From: an uncultured Acidobacteriota bacterium
Lineage (GTDB): Bacteria > Acidobacteriota > Vicinamibacteria > Vicinamibacterales > UBA8438
DNA length: 64,000 nt
NCBI GenBank assembly: GCA_913043225.1
Contig: CAJWLU010000005.1
Location: forward strand, 64,001-128,000
Direction: 5' to 3'
Shown: positions 26,762 to 37,053 of the stretch, piece by piece
Numbering within the stretch: position 1 is the first letter of the stretch
Layout: each line of letters begins with the position of its first letter
Program-made: the position numbers and the translations under genes
The notes under the pieces: generated by a model
Database searches by the model: none
The model's input: only the letters and a program-made list of their open reading frames with translations
Told to the model about the DNA's origin: nothing

Positions 26762-27932
26762 AGGTGACATACAAGTCGGTCGGCTGGTGCCAGTGCGGAT
26801 CCCAACCCGCCCCGATATGCATCCCCCGCTCGTTCTCCCGTAGGCTGATCGCTGGCGTAACGTTCATGAAAGGCGTCGAGTCCGTGTTGGTCATGTGCGG
26901 CCCGACCGCGGCGGGATAGTCGGTGGCATACATATCGTTGGCGGCCTTGAAAACGAACGCCAGATCCCGCGAGGCCTCGGCCAACTCGGAATTCTCCTGA
27001 AACTCGATATTGACGTCCGCTTCGGGACGCTGATCGCGGCTAACTTCCCCATCCGGCCCCGGCGCCCCATGGTCGAACAGCATCATGTCGTGCTGGATCA
27101 TGCCTAGCCAGCGCGGCTCGGGATAACGCCCCGACCCGGGTGGATCTTCCAACCCTTGTCGTTCTCGCCGCTGCTCGACGTAGGCGCGACTCCCATTCAA
27201 CCCGGTCTCCTCGTTGTTCCAGAGGGCAAAACGAACCGAACGGGTGGTCTGTACGTCGGGCGCACTAAAGATACGGGCCAGTTCCATGACGATGGCGGTG
27301 CCAGAACCGTCATCGTTGGCGGCCTCGCCGAACCCGTGCCCGTCCATGTGCGCACCGATGATGTACATCTCGTCCGGATTCGTCGTCCCGACCTTGGTAC
27401 AGTAGACCTCAGACCGTGGCCCGTTCGTCGGTTCCTCCCGGTTGAGTTCGCGGAGCCGCTCATCCGGCTGCCTCATTGGGTCACGCACCACGCCGGTCCG
27501 CCGCCGGAAGCCGAAGATCGAACTCCCGCCAGGCCCGTACCCGTTGCGTCCTACACGTCCACCGGTCGGTGTCGGCTCGGTCGGGTTGAGCGGCGGACGG
27601 GCCCCGGACGGACGACGCCCGCTGGGGCGACGCGGCGCCGGCTCGTAGGTGTAGTGGAGCCGTTCGGTCGAACATCCGACGTCTGCGAGCCACGCTTCGA
27701 TCCAGTCCACGGCATCCCGGTTCCGCTGGGTACCCTGGCGGCGATCGCCGAACCGAGTCAATTCCTTGATGGTGGCCTTGTAGCGCTCGAGATCGAGGCG
27801 GGCCACGAGGGCTTGCACGGTCGGGTCCGGCTCAGTGCGACCCTGCGCCCGACCTTGAGGTGTCGACAACCCCACCAGTGCGGCAGTGGTCACCAACAGC
27901 ATCGCCCTGAGCAATGTCATCGGATTCTCCAT
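26670..27932 (-). CDS. M28 family peptidase, exported
   Basis: Signal peptide; IIGAHMD, AANDDGSG, WNNEETGL.GS, QHDMM, TDS, WHQPTD. Confidence 0.9.
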   Translation of the reverse strand: MENPMTLLRAMLLVTTAALVGLSTPQGRAQGRTEPDPTVQALVARLDLERYKATIKELTRFGDRRQGTQRNRDAVDWIEAWLADVGCSTERLHYTYEPAPRRPSGRRPSGARPPLNPTEPTPTGGRVGRNGYGPGGSSIFGFRRRTGVVRDPMRQPDERLRELNREEPTNGPRSEVYCTKVGTTNPDEMYIIGAHMDGHGFGEAANDDGSGTAIVMELARIFSAPDVQTTRSVRFALWNNEETGLNGSRAYVEQRRERQGLEDPPGSGRYPEPRWLGMIQHDMMLFDHGAPGPDGEVSRDQRPEADVNIEFQENSELAEASRDLAFVFKAANDMYATDYPAAVGPHMTNTDSTPFMNVTPAISLRENERGMHIGAGWDPHWHQPTDLYVTFTDDDFRLGLNAAQTTLAAIARLVDAEVAP

Positions 27933-27977
27933 CGGCCAGACCGCACCGGCGAGAAGCCCGGCCTGACGGCGTGTGGC

Positions 27978-29051
27978 CTAGGCGATACCCGCTCCCAACA
28001 CACCTACGTAAACCGAGTACAGCGATTGGCTTGCCGTCATAAACAACCGGTTGCGGCGGGTGCCGCCAAAGCAGACGTTGGCGCACCGCTCGGGAAGCCG
28101 GATGGCACCGATCATGTCGCCGTCCGGGGCAGTCACGATGACCCCATTTCCGGCGCCGGCCCAGACATTGCCGTCCACATCGCACCGGATCCCGTCAGCC
28201 GCGATCAACTGGTCGGTGCCGGGGGCGCGAAGCTCGGCATGCCGGCGGCCGTTGCGCAGCCGCGGGCCGTCGACGTCGAAGACCCGGATCTCACGACCGG
28301 AGCCGGTGTCGGCAACATACAGCCGACTGTAGTCTGGCGAAAAGCAGAGACCGTTCGGCCCGCCTGGTTCATCGGTAACCAGCACCGCCACTCCACTTTG
28401 CGGATCCACACGATATACCGCGGGCGGCGTCTCCGACTCGGCCCGAAACCCCTCGTAATCGCCCCGGATGCCGTAGGGCGGATCAGTGAACCAGATGCTC
28501 CCGTCAGGGTGCACGACCGCGTCGTTGGGCGAATTCAACCGCTTGCCGTCGTAGCGGTCGACGATGGTTGTCACGTCGCCGTTCTGCTCATAGCGGGCAA
28601 CCCGGCGCCCGCCATGCTCACACGAGATCTGGCGTCCCTCGCGGTCGAACGTGTTGCCGTTGCTGTGCCCAGACGGGCTGCGGAAAACGGTGACCCTGCC
28701 GTCGTCCTGAAGCCAGCGATGCTGCACGTTGTTGGGAATGTCGCTCCAGACCAAGTACTGCCCCACTCCGTTCCAGGCCGGCCCCTCAGCCCACATCGTC
28801 CCGATGTGCAGGCGCTTGATCGGCGTATTGAACAGGATGTAGCGACGAAAACGCTGATCGAGCGCGATCAGGTCCGGATCCGGATAGGACAGCGGCGACC
28901 GCCCCGACCAGTCCCTCGGCTCGTATGGAGGAATGTCTGGCGCTTGCTGCCAGGCGCGGAGCGGCGCCACCACGCCGCTCGCCACCGCAGTGCCCAGGAA
29001 AGCTCGCCGACTCCAGGGTCCGGAGATGCTGTCCTGCGTGCGTTCTGCCAT
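27978..29051 (-). CDS. SMP-30/gluconolactonase/LRE family protein, Tat-exported
   Basis: SRRAFLG; WAEGPAW, WSDIPN, SNGNTFD, LNSPND, FTDPPYG, PNGLCFSPD, ADGIRCDVDGN. Confidence 0.92.
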   Translation of the reverse strand: MAERTQDSISGPWSRRAFLGTAVASGVVAPLRAWQQAPDIPPYEPRDWSGRSPLSYPDPDLIALDQRFRRYILFNTPIKRLHIGTMWAEGPAWNGVGQYLVWSDIPNNVQHRWLQDDGRVTVFRSPSGHSNGNTFDREGRQISCEHGGRRVARYEQNGDVTTIVDRYDGKRLNSPNDAVVHPDGSIWFTDPPYGIRGDYEGFRAESETPPAVYRVDPQSGVAVLVTDEPGGPNGLCFSPDYSRLYVADTGSGREIRVFDVDGPRLRNGRRHAELRAPGTDQLIAADGIRCDVDGNVWAGAGNGVIVTAPDGDMIGAIRLPERCANVCFGGTRRNRLFMTASQSLYSVYVGVLGAGIA

Positions 29052-29099
29052 GGTGTGCTGTTCCTTCCGCCGGAGGGCGATGTCGTGTGAACTGACGCG

Positions 29100-29105
29100 A
29101 TTATA
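29100..29105 (-). promoter_or_regulatory. Putative -10 box (TATAAT)
   Basis: TATAATCGC on the minus strand about 50 nt upstream of the gluconolactonase start. Confidence 0.45.
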
Positions 29106-29199
29106 GCTCCGCCTCGATCGCTGGTCGCCGCGCTGGGCGAGCCCGTGCCTAAGGCCGCATTACCGCTATGCGGCGTCCGTGGCCTCCTGCAGCCGACCG

Positions 29200-30555
29200 C
29201 TACTCTTCGGCGATGCGATACAGCTTGGTGGCCGTCCGAATGATCAGGCTATCGCGAGCGATGGCCGGCGTCGAGAGCGTCATCTCGTCAAGCGTGTTAC
29301 GCCCCAGGACCGAGAACTCCGGACCGGCTTGGATCACGAACGTGTCGCCATCCTCGCTAAGGGCGAAGAGCTTGTCGTTGTAGGCCCACGGCGACGCGCT
29401 GAAGAGCGTGCCGGCGGTGATACGGCGCCGCTCGTAGACCTCGGCGCCTGTGCGAGCGTCGTACGCCATCATGATGCCGCGATCGAGCAAGGTGTAGTGG
29501 GTGTCGCCGTAGACGATCGACGACGGGTTGTAGGACCCGAGTTGCGGGTGCGACCAGACGATGTAGTCGTTGCTGTTCGTGCCCTCGGGCAAGGTGATGT
29601 CGCCGCTGGCGCCAGGCCGGATAGCGTAGACCGGCCGGCTGTCGTCGGCGACATATCCAGAATTAATGAACAACAGGCCGTGCTCGGAGAACGGAGTCGG
29701 AATAACCAGCGACGACATCCCGGTCAAGCTCCAGAGCAGCACGCCGTCAAGGCTGTAGGATCGCACGCCGTCCCGCCCCGTAGTGACGAGCTCCGTACGC
29801 ACGTCGTTCGCCCACACGAACGGCGTCGACCAGTTCGATGCCTCCTCGCGGTCTGTTCTCCAGAGTTCGTCGCCCGTGGCGGCATCGAACGACGCCACCC
29901 ACGACTCCTCCTCGCTGTCGTTCACGACATACAGCCGTCCTTCATGGAGCACAGGCGAGCTCGCCGCACCCCACTCCCTCCGCGGCAGCCAGTCGAACTC
30001 CTTCGCCCACACGACCTCGCCCTCGAAGTCGACGGCGTAGAGACCAATGTCGGCCATATAGACATAGACCCGCTCTCCATCGGTGATCGGGGTCTCCGAG
30101 GCGAACGTACTCTTCTGATGGGTAGGCAGCGACGGGATGGCCTCGTGCAGGGTGCGCTCCCAGCGCACCGCACCCGTCTCGAAATCCACGTCATAAAGCG
30201 ACCACCGGAGCGGCGCGTCTAGTTCGGTGATGTTGGAGCCCGTCATGGCCCCCCCGAGGGAACGCGCCCGGTAGTTCTCTACCGGCTGGATCTCGACTTC
30301 GGGTCCTGTCGCAGCCGTCGACGTGAGCACGAAGACATGGTCGCCCCATACAATGGGCGACGCCCACCCACGTCCAGGCATGTCGATTTCCCACGCGATG
30401 TTCTCGTCCGGCCCCCACGATTCAGGCAGTCGCGGATTGTCGGCTACTACTCCAGCACGCTCGCCGCGGAATTGGGGCCAGTTGTCCTGCGCGTTGCCGG
30501 CGGTGGCAAACACGCTCACAATCCCCAGGACGAACACGGTCGGACGGATCCTCAT
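29200..30555 (-). CDS. PQQ-binding-like beta-propeller repeat protein
   Basis: Signal peptide; NWPQFRG, GWASPIVWGD, ASETP.TDG, ASSPV, WSTP and repeated D..TG...W motifs. Confidence 0.88.
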   Translation of the reverse strand: MRIRPTVFVLGIVSVFATAGNAQDNWPQFRGERAGVVADNPRLPESWGPDENIAWEIDMPGRGWASPIVWGDHVFVLTSTAATGPEVEIQPVENYRARSLGGAMTGSNITELDAPLRWSLYDVDFETGAVRWERTLHEAIPSLPTHQKSTFASETPITDGERVYVYMADIGLYAVDFEGEVVWAKEFDWLPRREWGAASSPVLHEGRLYVVNDSEEESWVASFDAATGDELWRTDREEASNWSTPFVWANDVRTELVTTGRDGVRSYSLDGVLLWSLTGMSSLVIPTPFSEHGLLFINSGYVADDSRPVYAIRPGASGDITLPEGTNSNDYIVWSHPQLGSYNPSSIVYGDTHYTLLDRGIMMAYDARTGAEVYERRRITAGTLFSASPWAYNDKLFALSEDGDTFVIQAGPEFSVLGRNTLDEMTLSTPAIARDSLIIRTATKLYRIAEE

Positions 30556-30621
30556 GGAACGCTCCTCAAGAACGAGACATCTGCCGGGAAGCCGGCAGTT
30601 TTGAAGGTATTCTACCCGCCG

Positions 30622-31770
30622 ATGCCGCCAGTCTCACGCCCTCGCAGCCACTGGCTCGCTCTGGGCACTGCTTTCCTGTTGACGTCGGTCGCGGCCGACG
30701 CCCAACCGTCGTCCGGTACCCATCACGTGCGGTCGCGCCCAGACACAGTCAGCTGGGGCTGGTTTCCGCTGGACAAGGCGCCGGTGCTCACCATCGAATC
30801 CGGCGAGACGGTGACCATCGACACGATCAGCCACGCCGGGTCGACACAGCCAGAATCTCCGGAGACCTCACTCGCCGCTCTTGGAGTGCAACCGGACGAG
30901 ATCCTGCCCGACGTGCTCGCATTCTGGCAATCGCGCAACAATCGCCCGCGGGAAGGGCGCAGCGGACACGTCATCACCGGACCGATCGCGATCGCCGGCG
31001 CGGAGCCTGGCGACGTCCTCGAGGTCCAGGTCCTCGCCCTCACCCCCCGTGTACCCTGGGGCATCAACAGCACCGGCCCGACGAGCGGCGTCTACGGACA
31101 GAGCTACCCCGGCTCACGACCAACCGACCGGATACGGGAGGAAGTCGAGGCGGCCCAGCACCTGTATCGCACCCGCAGTGTCGACGGTGACCTCGTCGCC
31201 GTAGTCTCCGAGACCATCCATGTGCCGCTGACGCCGTTCATGGGCATCATGGCGGTGGCACCAGATCCGGTACTCGGTGAACCGGGGGTCACCGTATCCG
31301 GTGTCCAGGCATCGCGTCCGCCGGGTCGCTTTGGCGGCAACATGGACGTGAAGGACCTCGGGGTGGGCAGCACGCTATACCTACCGGTACTGCAGCCCGG
31401 GGGACTGTTCTATGTCGGCGATCCACACTCAGCGCAAGGTGACGGTGAGGTCAGCGGCACCGCGATCGAGCAGTCCCTGACCGGCCGATTCCGTTTCGTC
31501 CTGCACAAGGATGAACCGTTGACGATGCCAAGGGCCGAAACCGACACCCACTACATCTTGATGGGGATCGACCTGGACCTGGACCGCGCCCTCCAGCAGG
31601 CCGTCGACGAGGTCGTGGCGTTCCTGGTGGCCGTCGAGGGCCTGACTGCAACCGAAGCCACCTCCCTCGCGAGTATCGCTGTCGACTTCCAGATTGCCGA
31701 AGCCGTCGACCTGACCCAGCTCGTTACCGGAAAGATCCCCAAGCGCATTTTCCTGGAGGAGCCCCAATGA
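30622..31770 (+). CDS. Acetamidase/formamidase family protein with signal peptide
   Basis: GHVITGPIAIAGAEPGDVLEV, PFMGIMAVAP, GGNMD, GDPHSAQGDGEVSGTAIE. Confidence 0.9.
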   Translation: MPPVSRPRSHWLALGTAFLLTSVAADAQPSSGTHHVRSRPDTVSWGWFPLDKAPVLTIESGETVTIDTISHAGSTQPESPETSLAALGVQPDEILPDVLAFWQSRNNRPREGRSGHVITGPIAIAGAEPGDVLEVQVLALTPRVPWGINSTGPTSGVYGQSYPGSRPTDRIREEVEAAQHLYRTRSVDGDLVAVVSETIHVPLTPFMGIMAVAPDPVLGEPGVTVSGVQASRPPGRFGGNMDVKDLGVGSTLYLPVLQPGGLFYVGDPHSAQGDGEVSGTAIEQSLTGRFRFVLHKDEPLTMPRAETDTHYILMGIDLDLDRALQQAVDEVVAFLVAVEGLTATEATSLASIAVDFQIAEAVDLTQLVTGKIPKRIFLEEPQ

Positions 31771-32699
31771 GACGCAGTCTGCCCCTCGGCCTGCTGGCCA
31801 CCATCGCCATCCTGACCGTGGCGCTGGTCCCTGGCGCAGCCCAGGAGGATCACGCGGTCACCATCCAGTCAATGGACGTCCGCGAGAACCTTTACGTTAT
31901 CAGCGGCGGCGGCGGCCACACCGCGGCGCTGATAACAGAGGACCACGGAGTGGTGATCGTCGACACGAAACTGGCTGGCTGGGGTCAGTCGATCATCGAC
32001 ACCATGGCGCTCATCACAGAGGAGCCGATCACGACCATCATCAACACGCACACCCACGGCGACCACGTGGGCGGCAACGCCGACTTCCCAGTCGCGGTCG
32101 AGATTATCGCCCACGAGAACACGGCGGCCCGCATGGAGGAAACCGAGGCGATCACCGGGCAGGCCCACGCACAGGCCGACCGGACCTACGCCGATCGGCT
32201 CACCCTGTTCGAGGGCCGCGACCAGATCGACCTGTACCACTTTGGAGCCGGACACACCGACGGCGATACCATCGTGGTGTTCCCTGCGCTCCGCACGATT
32301 CACATGGGGGACTTGTTCGCATTTCTCGGGCCACCCTATATCGACGTGAACAACGGCGGCAGCGGGGTGGCTTACCCCGACACGCTCGAAGCGATCGTGG
32401 CGGCCTTCGACGACGTCGAGCGGGTAATCCCTGGCCACATCCCGCCTCCGCCGGGCAGTCCCATCTACGGCAGCTCCGCCTGTCGGCCGAGTTGCAGCGG
32501 GTGGTCGGGGTGGCAGGAAGTCGTGAACTACGCACAATTCAATCGCGACTTCTTGGACTCAGTACGGGCGTCACACACGGCTGGCCGGTCGGTCACCGAG
32601 GCAATCGCCGCACTCGACCTCTGGAGCCGCTACCCAGCCTATGGACAGAACCGCGCAGACGCTAACGTAGAGGCAATTTACGACGAGTTGGATCGGTAA
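31767..32699 (+). CDS. MBL-fold metallohydrolase (cyclase-like), exported
   Basis: Signal peptide; VDTK, INTHTHGDHVGGN, GHTDGD, MGD, IPGH; ATGA overlap with the upstream gene. Confidence 0.9.
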   Translation: MRRSLPLGLLATIAILTVALVPGAAQEDHAVTIQSMDVRENLYVISGGGGHTAALITEDHGVVIVDTKLAGWGQSIIDTMALITEEPITTIINTHTHGDHVGGNADFPVAVEIIAHENTAARMEETEAITGQAHAQADRTYADRLTLFEGRDQIDLYHFGAGHTDGDTIVVFPALRTIHMGDLFAFLGPPYIDVNNGGSGVAYPDTLEAIVAAFDDVERVIPGHIPPPPGSPIYGSSACRPSCSGWSGWQEVVNYAQFNRDFLDSVRASHTAGRSVTEAIAALDLWSRYPAYGQNRADANVEAIYDELDR

Positions 32700-32701
32700 T
32701 T

Positions 32702-34036
32702 ATGCACACGCAACACGCAAGACGACGACGTAGCTGGATTCTCACACTGCTGGTCGTGGCAGGAGCGGCCACCCTCTCAGCCGAAGACTGGCCCGAGTTC
32801 CGTGGCGAGGGACGGCTGGGCGTCTGGCGTGAGACCGGCATTCTCGAGCGCTTTCCCGAAGGCGGCCTCGAAGTCCGCTGGCGCACGCCGCTCCATCACG
32901 GCTACTCGGGTCCGGCCGTCGCCGACGGACGGGTCTTCGTCATCGACTTCGAACGCGGCCGTGGCCTGGAGGGCATCGAGCGACTACTTGCGCTGGACGA
33001 AAATACCGGCGAGATCCTGTGGGAGACCAGCTGGGAAGCGAACTATGCGGGTGTGTCCTGGGATGAGGGTCCACGGGCCACGCCGACCGTCGACGGCGAC
33101 CGCGTCTACGCCGTGGGCGCCAGCGGCATCATGACCGCTGCCAGCGTCGACACTGGTGAGGTGCTGTGGCGCACGCGGTTTCAGGAGGACTGGGGTTCCG
33201 AGATTCCCCAATGGGGTTTCGCAGGCTCGCCGATCTTGGACGGCGAACGGGTGATCACCCAGGTGGGCGGGACGCCCGACGCGAAAGTTGTCGCCTTTCA
33301 CCGTGAGACCGGCGATGAAGTGTGGCGCGCCCTCTCATCGGTCGAAGCCGGGGCCGGAGTCGCCCAGCCCACCATCATTGACGCAGGCGGCGTTCGGCAG
33401 CTGATCATCTGGCACCCGCTGGCCGTATCCGCCCTCAACCCGGAAACCGGCGAGGTCTACTGGGAACAGCCATTCGAGGTGGACTACAACATGACGGTGG
33501 CCACCCCGGTGCACCGCGGGAGCGACCTCTTCGTCACGACCTTCTACAACGGACCCATGATGCTGGGCCTCAACAACGACCGGCCGGCCGCCGAGATGGT
33601 CTGGCGCGGCAGCAGTAACAGCGAGATCCTGACCGATGGCCTGCACGCCGTGATCGGCACCCCGATCATCGACGGCGACTACATCTACGGATTCGGCAGC
33701 TATGGACAGCTGCGTTGTCTCGTCGCTGCGACCGGTGAACGGGTCTGGGAAACACAGGACGCCACCAGCGAACGCGCCCGGTGGGCAAGCGCGTTCATGG
33801 TGCAGCACGAAGACCGGGTCTTCATTAACAACGACCGAGGCGACTTGATCATCGCGCGGTTGACGCCAGAGGGCTACGAGGAGCTCGACCGCACGCCGCT
33901 GATCGAGCCAACTTCACGTCCCGGCAATCGCCGGGAGCTTACCTACGTGAACTGGTCGCATCCGGCCTACGCCAACCGGCACATCATCGCGAGAAACGAC
34001 GAGGAGATCATCTCGGCCTCCCTCGCCGCCCCGTAG
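32702..34036 (+). CDS. PQQ-binding-like beta-propeller repeat protein
   Basis: Signal peptide; DWPEFRG, GYSGPAVADGRV, GPRATPTVDG, GSP, WSHPAYAN. Confidence 0.88.
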   Translation: MHTQHARRRRSWILTLLVVAGAATLSAEDWPEFRGEGRLGVWRETGILERFPEGGLEVRWRTPLHHGYSGPAVADGRVFVIDFERGRGLEGIERLLALDENTGEILWETSWEANYAGVSWDEGPRATPTVDGDRVYAVGASGIMTAASVDTGEVLWRTRFQEDWGSEIPQWGFAGSPILDGERVITQVGGTPDAKVVAFHRETGDEVWRALSSVEAGAGVAQPTIIDAGGVRQLIIWHPLAVSALNPETGEVYWEQPFEVDYNMTVATPVHRGSDLFVTTFYNGPMMLGLNNDRPAAEMVWRGSSNSEILTDGLHAVIGTPIIDGDYIYGFGSYGQLRCLVAATGERVWETQDATSERARWASAFMVQHEDRVFINNDRGDLIIARLTPEGYEELDRTPLIEPTSRPGNRRELTYVNWSHPAYANRHIIARNDEEIISASLAAP

Positions 34037-34048
34037 CGCACGGACTTA

Positions 34049-34462
34049 TCACTGTCTCTCGCCGGCACCCTCGATCGTGAACTGACCGCCCCCGAGCGAC
34101 ATCGACGCATCGACCGTGTCGTCGCCGGTCAGCGTGAGGGTCATCGCGATCTCCATCCGGCCGCGCCGACTCTCCCGTTCGAAGGCCAGCACCAGGTCGT
34201 CGCCACTCCGGGCAACCTCGGTCACATCGCTTGGCCCGCCGCGACCACCCTCTATGCGCGCCGCCACCATGCCGCCTTCGTCGCGCACCGTGACGGTCTG
34301 CGAGACATTCCCACCCCGGGGCCCATCCAGCGTGACGATCCAGGTGCCGATGAACTCCGTCGCCTCCGATGCCGCCAACTCCGACGTCTGACCGGCAGAC
34401 GTCGGTCCGGCCAGCAACATCATTCCGAACACCGCCGCAGCACCTAGCCTTCGCTTCACCAT
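34049..34462 (-). CDS. Secreted hypothetical beta-rich protein
   Basis: GAGGAG RBS; signal peptide; FIGTW lipocalin-like start; alternating beta strands. Confidence 0.65.
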   Translation of the reverse strand: MVKRRLGAAAVFGMMLLAGPTSAGQTSELAASEATEFIGTWIVTLDGPRGGNVSQTVTVRDEGGMVAARIEGGRGGPSDVTEVARSGDDLVLAFERESRRGRMEIAMTLTLTGDDTVDASMSLGGGQFTIEGAGERQ

Positions 34463-34578
34463 TCCCTGGCTCCTCGTGTCAGGATCCACGCGCCCTAATC
34501 GCTCTGTCCGCAAGGCGGCCCCACTTCGTCGACCGGTTACTGCCCCGGGTTATTCCAACGCAACGTGCCGGTCAAACT

Positions 34579-35889
34579 TCAGTCGATGATGGCTTGGTAG
34601 GTCATCGACGCCATGTCCGGGCGGACGTTCAGGTGCACGTAGGGCCGCAGCTGCTGGAGCACCATCCCGATCAGCTCCTCCTCCGGATCGATCCAGAAGA
34701 TCGTGCCGAACGCCCCGCTCCAGTAGTAGGTCCCTTCCGACCGAGGCGTCGCCGCCGGGCCGAGGTCCGTCACCACCGCATACCCCAGTCCGAAGCCGTA
34801 GCCTGGACCAGCCAGCCAAATCTCCTTATCGCCAGTGTGATTGGCGGTAACCATCTCGACCGTCTTCCGGCTCAGGATGCGGACACCGTCCAACTCGCCG
34901 CCGTTCAGCATCATCTGGCTGAAACGAAAGTAGTCCCGCGCCGTCGACACCAAGCCGCCTGCCCCACTGAAGTAGGTGTGCGGTTCCGCCACATAGCGGC
35001 TACCCGTCGACGGAGCCTCCGACAGCGCAATCTGACTGTCGTCACCCGGGCGATACAACGCCGCAAACCGGTCCAGCTTCGATTCGGGCAGGTAAAAGTG
35101 CGTATCGGTCATGTCGAGCGGTTCGAAGATGCGATCCTTGAAGAACTCATCGAGCGTCTGGCCAGACATCACCTCCACGAGGCGGCCGACGATATCGGTG
35201 GCGCGGCCATACTCCCAGTGCTCGCCCGGATGGAAATTCAGAGGGAGCTTCGCCAGTCGCTTCAGCATGTCGCCCACCGTGTCACCCGGGCGAGTCTCGG
35301 CCGACATCTCCATGAACTCTGGCTGGGTGATCCCACGGTAGCTGTTAGCCAACCCTGCGGTGTGGGTCAGGATCTGCTGCACCGTAATCGGGCCGTTGGC
35401 AGGCTCCGTGTCGAAGCGGCTTGTGATCCGGGCGCCCGGTGGCGCCGGCACCGCCACTCGCATGTCGGCGAACTCCGGCAACCACTTCGAGATAGGGTCG
35501 CGAAGCTGGAAGTGCCCGTCCTCGTACATCATCATCAGCGCCACCGAGGCGATCGGCTTGGTCATCGACGCAATCCTGAAGATGCTGTCGTGGGTCATGG
35601 GCGCGGCGCTCTCCACGTCACGTTGGCCCTGCGCCGAGAAGTGGATGACTTTGCCCTGGCGTGCGACCAGCGTGACTACGCCGGCGGTTTCGCCACGGTC
35701 GATGTAGGCCTGCATTACCTGATCGATCCGCTCTAGGCGTTCGGATGACATGCCGACGCTCTCGGCCTCGGCGGTCGGAACACCATCCATCTTCGGTAGA
35801 TCCGCCTCGGCGCCGGCCAACCCGGCGGTCACCGCCGCCGTCCCCACCAATACCAGGCCGAGCCACTTCGCTATCGAGGTCCTCATCAC
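34579..35889 (-). CDS. Serine hydrolase (beta-lactamase family), exported
   Basis: GGGAGGAG RBS; FRIASMTK (SxxK), LTHTAG, FHPGEHWEY, GAGGLVST..DY, YYWSGAFGT.FWIDP. Confidence 0.92.
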   Translation of the reverse strand: MMRTSIAKWLGLVLVGTAAVTAGLAGAEADLPKMDGVPTAEAESVGMSSERLERIDQVMQAYIDRGETAGVVTLVARQGKVIHFSAQGQRDVESAAPMTHDSIFRIASMTKPIASVALMMMYEDGHFQLRDPISKWLPEFADMRVAVPAPPGARITSRFDTEPANGPITVQQILTHTAGLANSYRGITQPEFMEMSAETRPGDTVGDMLKRLAKLPLNFHPGEHWEYGRATDIVGRLVEVMSGQTLDEFFKDRIFEPLDMTDTHFYLPESKLDRFAALYRPGDDSQIALSEAPSTGSRYVAEPHTYFSGAGGLVSTARDYFRFSQMMLNGGELDGVRILSRKTVEMVTANHTGDKEIWLAGPGYGFGLGYAVVTDLGPAATPRSEGTYYWSGAFGTIFWIDPEEELIGMVLQQLRPYVHLNVRPDMASMTYQAIID

Positions 35890-35938
35890 ACTCCTCCCGC
35901 GCACCCAGCGGCGCGCGTCGCTATTCCACGTGCCCGCG

Positions 35939-35944
35939 ATTATA
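35939..35944 (-). promoter_or_regulatory. Putative -10 box (TATAAT)
   Basis: TATAATCGC on the minus strand about 50 nt upstream of the serine hydrolase start. Confidence 0.45.
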
Positions 35945-35993
35945 CGGCGCAGCCCGTGGTTCGCACCGGCCACCCCAGGAGATAATCACGCCG

Positions 35994-36773
35994 ATGCAAC
36001 AACTGGTTGGAGCGCTTGTGAGCGCGGGCCTGGCCCTCGCGGTCCTGACCCCGTCAGCGGCGCAAGCGCCAGACGAGCTCGATGTCATGAGCTCGGGCGG
36101 ATTCACCGCCGCGTACCAGGACCTCTCCGGTGCCTTCACCGCCACGACCGGCATCGAGCTCCGCACTGTCTACGGCGCGTCGATGGGCGGCGCAGCCACC
36201 TCCATCCCCAGCCGACTTCAACGCGGTGAACGGGCGGATGTCGTGATTCTGGCCCGTGCGGGGCTAGACCGCCTCGTCTCCGAGGGGCACGTGGTGGCCG
36301 GGAGCGAGGTCGACTTGGCCTCCTCGCTCGTTGGGATGGCGGTGCGAGACGGCGCCGCCGTGCCAGACATCAGCTCGGTTGAGGCCTTCGTGGCGACCCT
36401 GCTCACGGCCAAGTCTGTGGCCTATTCTGCCAGCGCGAGCGGCACCTATCTCGCCACCGAACTCTTTCCGCGCCTGGGCATCGCCGAGGCGATGGCGCTC
36501 AAGAGCATCCGCGTGGTGGGCGAACGGGTTGGCGCCGTGGTCGCCCGCGGCGATGCCACGGTCGGGTTCCAGCAGGTCAGCGAACTGCTGCCGATCGACG
36601 GTATCACCTACGTTGGCCCGATCCCCGACGCGGTGCAGAAGATCACCACGTTCTCCGCCGGTTTGACGACCACCGCGAGACGCCCAGACGACGCGCGGCG
36701 ACTCATCCAATTCCTGGCCGCCCCCGAAGCGGCACCGCTCATCGCCAAAGCGGGCATGACCCAGGCTAGGTGA
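35994..36773 (+). CDS. ModA-like periplasmic substrate-binding protein (orphan)
   Basis: AGGAG RBS; signal peptide; VMSSGGF, GASMG, GERADVVI, SVAYSASASG, GFQQVSELLP. Confidence 0.85.
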   Translation: MQQLVGALVSAGLALAVLTPSAAQAPDELDVMSSGGFTAAYQDLSGAFTATTGIELRTVYGASMGGAATSIPSRLQRGERADVVILARAGLDRLVSEGHVVAGSEVDLASSLVGMAVRDGAAVPDISSVEAFVATLLTAKSVAYSASASGTYLATELFPRLGIAEAMALKSIRVVGERVGAVVARGDATVGFQQVSELLPIDGITYVGPIPDAVQKITTFSAGLTTTARRPDDARRLIQFLAAPEAAPLIAKAGMTQAR

Positions 36774-36849
36774 CGTTCCGTTCCCCTGAATAAAAGCAAA
36801 CCACCCGGCGGTCGCGTGCGTCTCACCTTGCAGAACACAAGGAGCACGC

Positions 36850-37053
36850 ATGAGACTCGACGCCTGCCTGGACGCCACCGACAACGCTGGCGAAACCGAA
36901 CTCCGCCGAGCAATGACCGTCGCACTCGCCCTGAAGGCCCCACACGGCCACGATGACTACAAGCGGTTCTACCGGCGAGTAATGGAACAGCTCGACGCCG
37001 AACGCCGGGATCCCCGGCATTCACTTAGCGCTTGGCTCACCCAAGCGGCGTGA
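36850..37053 (+). CDS. Small hypothetical protein (67 aa)
   Basis: AAGGAG RBS 5 nt before ATG; GC3-rich codons; no recognisable motif. Confidence 0.55.
   Translation: MRLDACLDATDNAGETELRRAMTVALALKAPHGHDDYKRFYRRVMEQLDAERRDPRHSLSAWLTQAA

Noticed and set aside
27156..29090. 644-aa plus-strand ORF
   Set aside because: Antisense shadow of the M28 peptidase and gluconolactonase genes; no motifs; expected in high-GC3 DNA.
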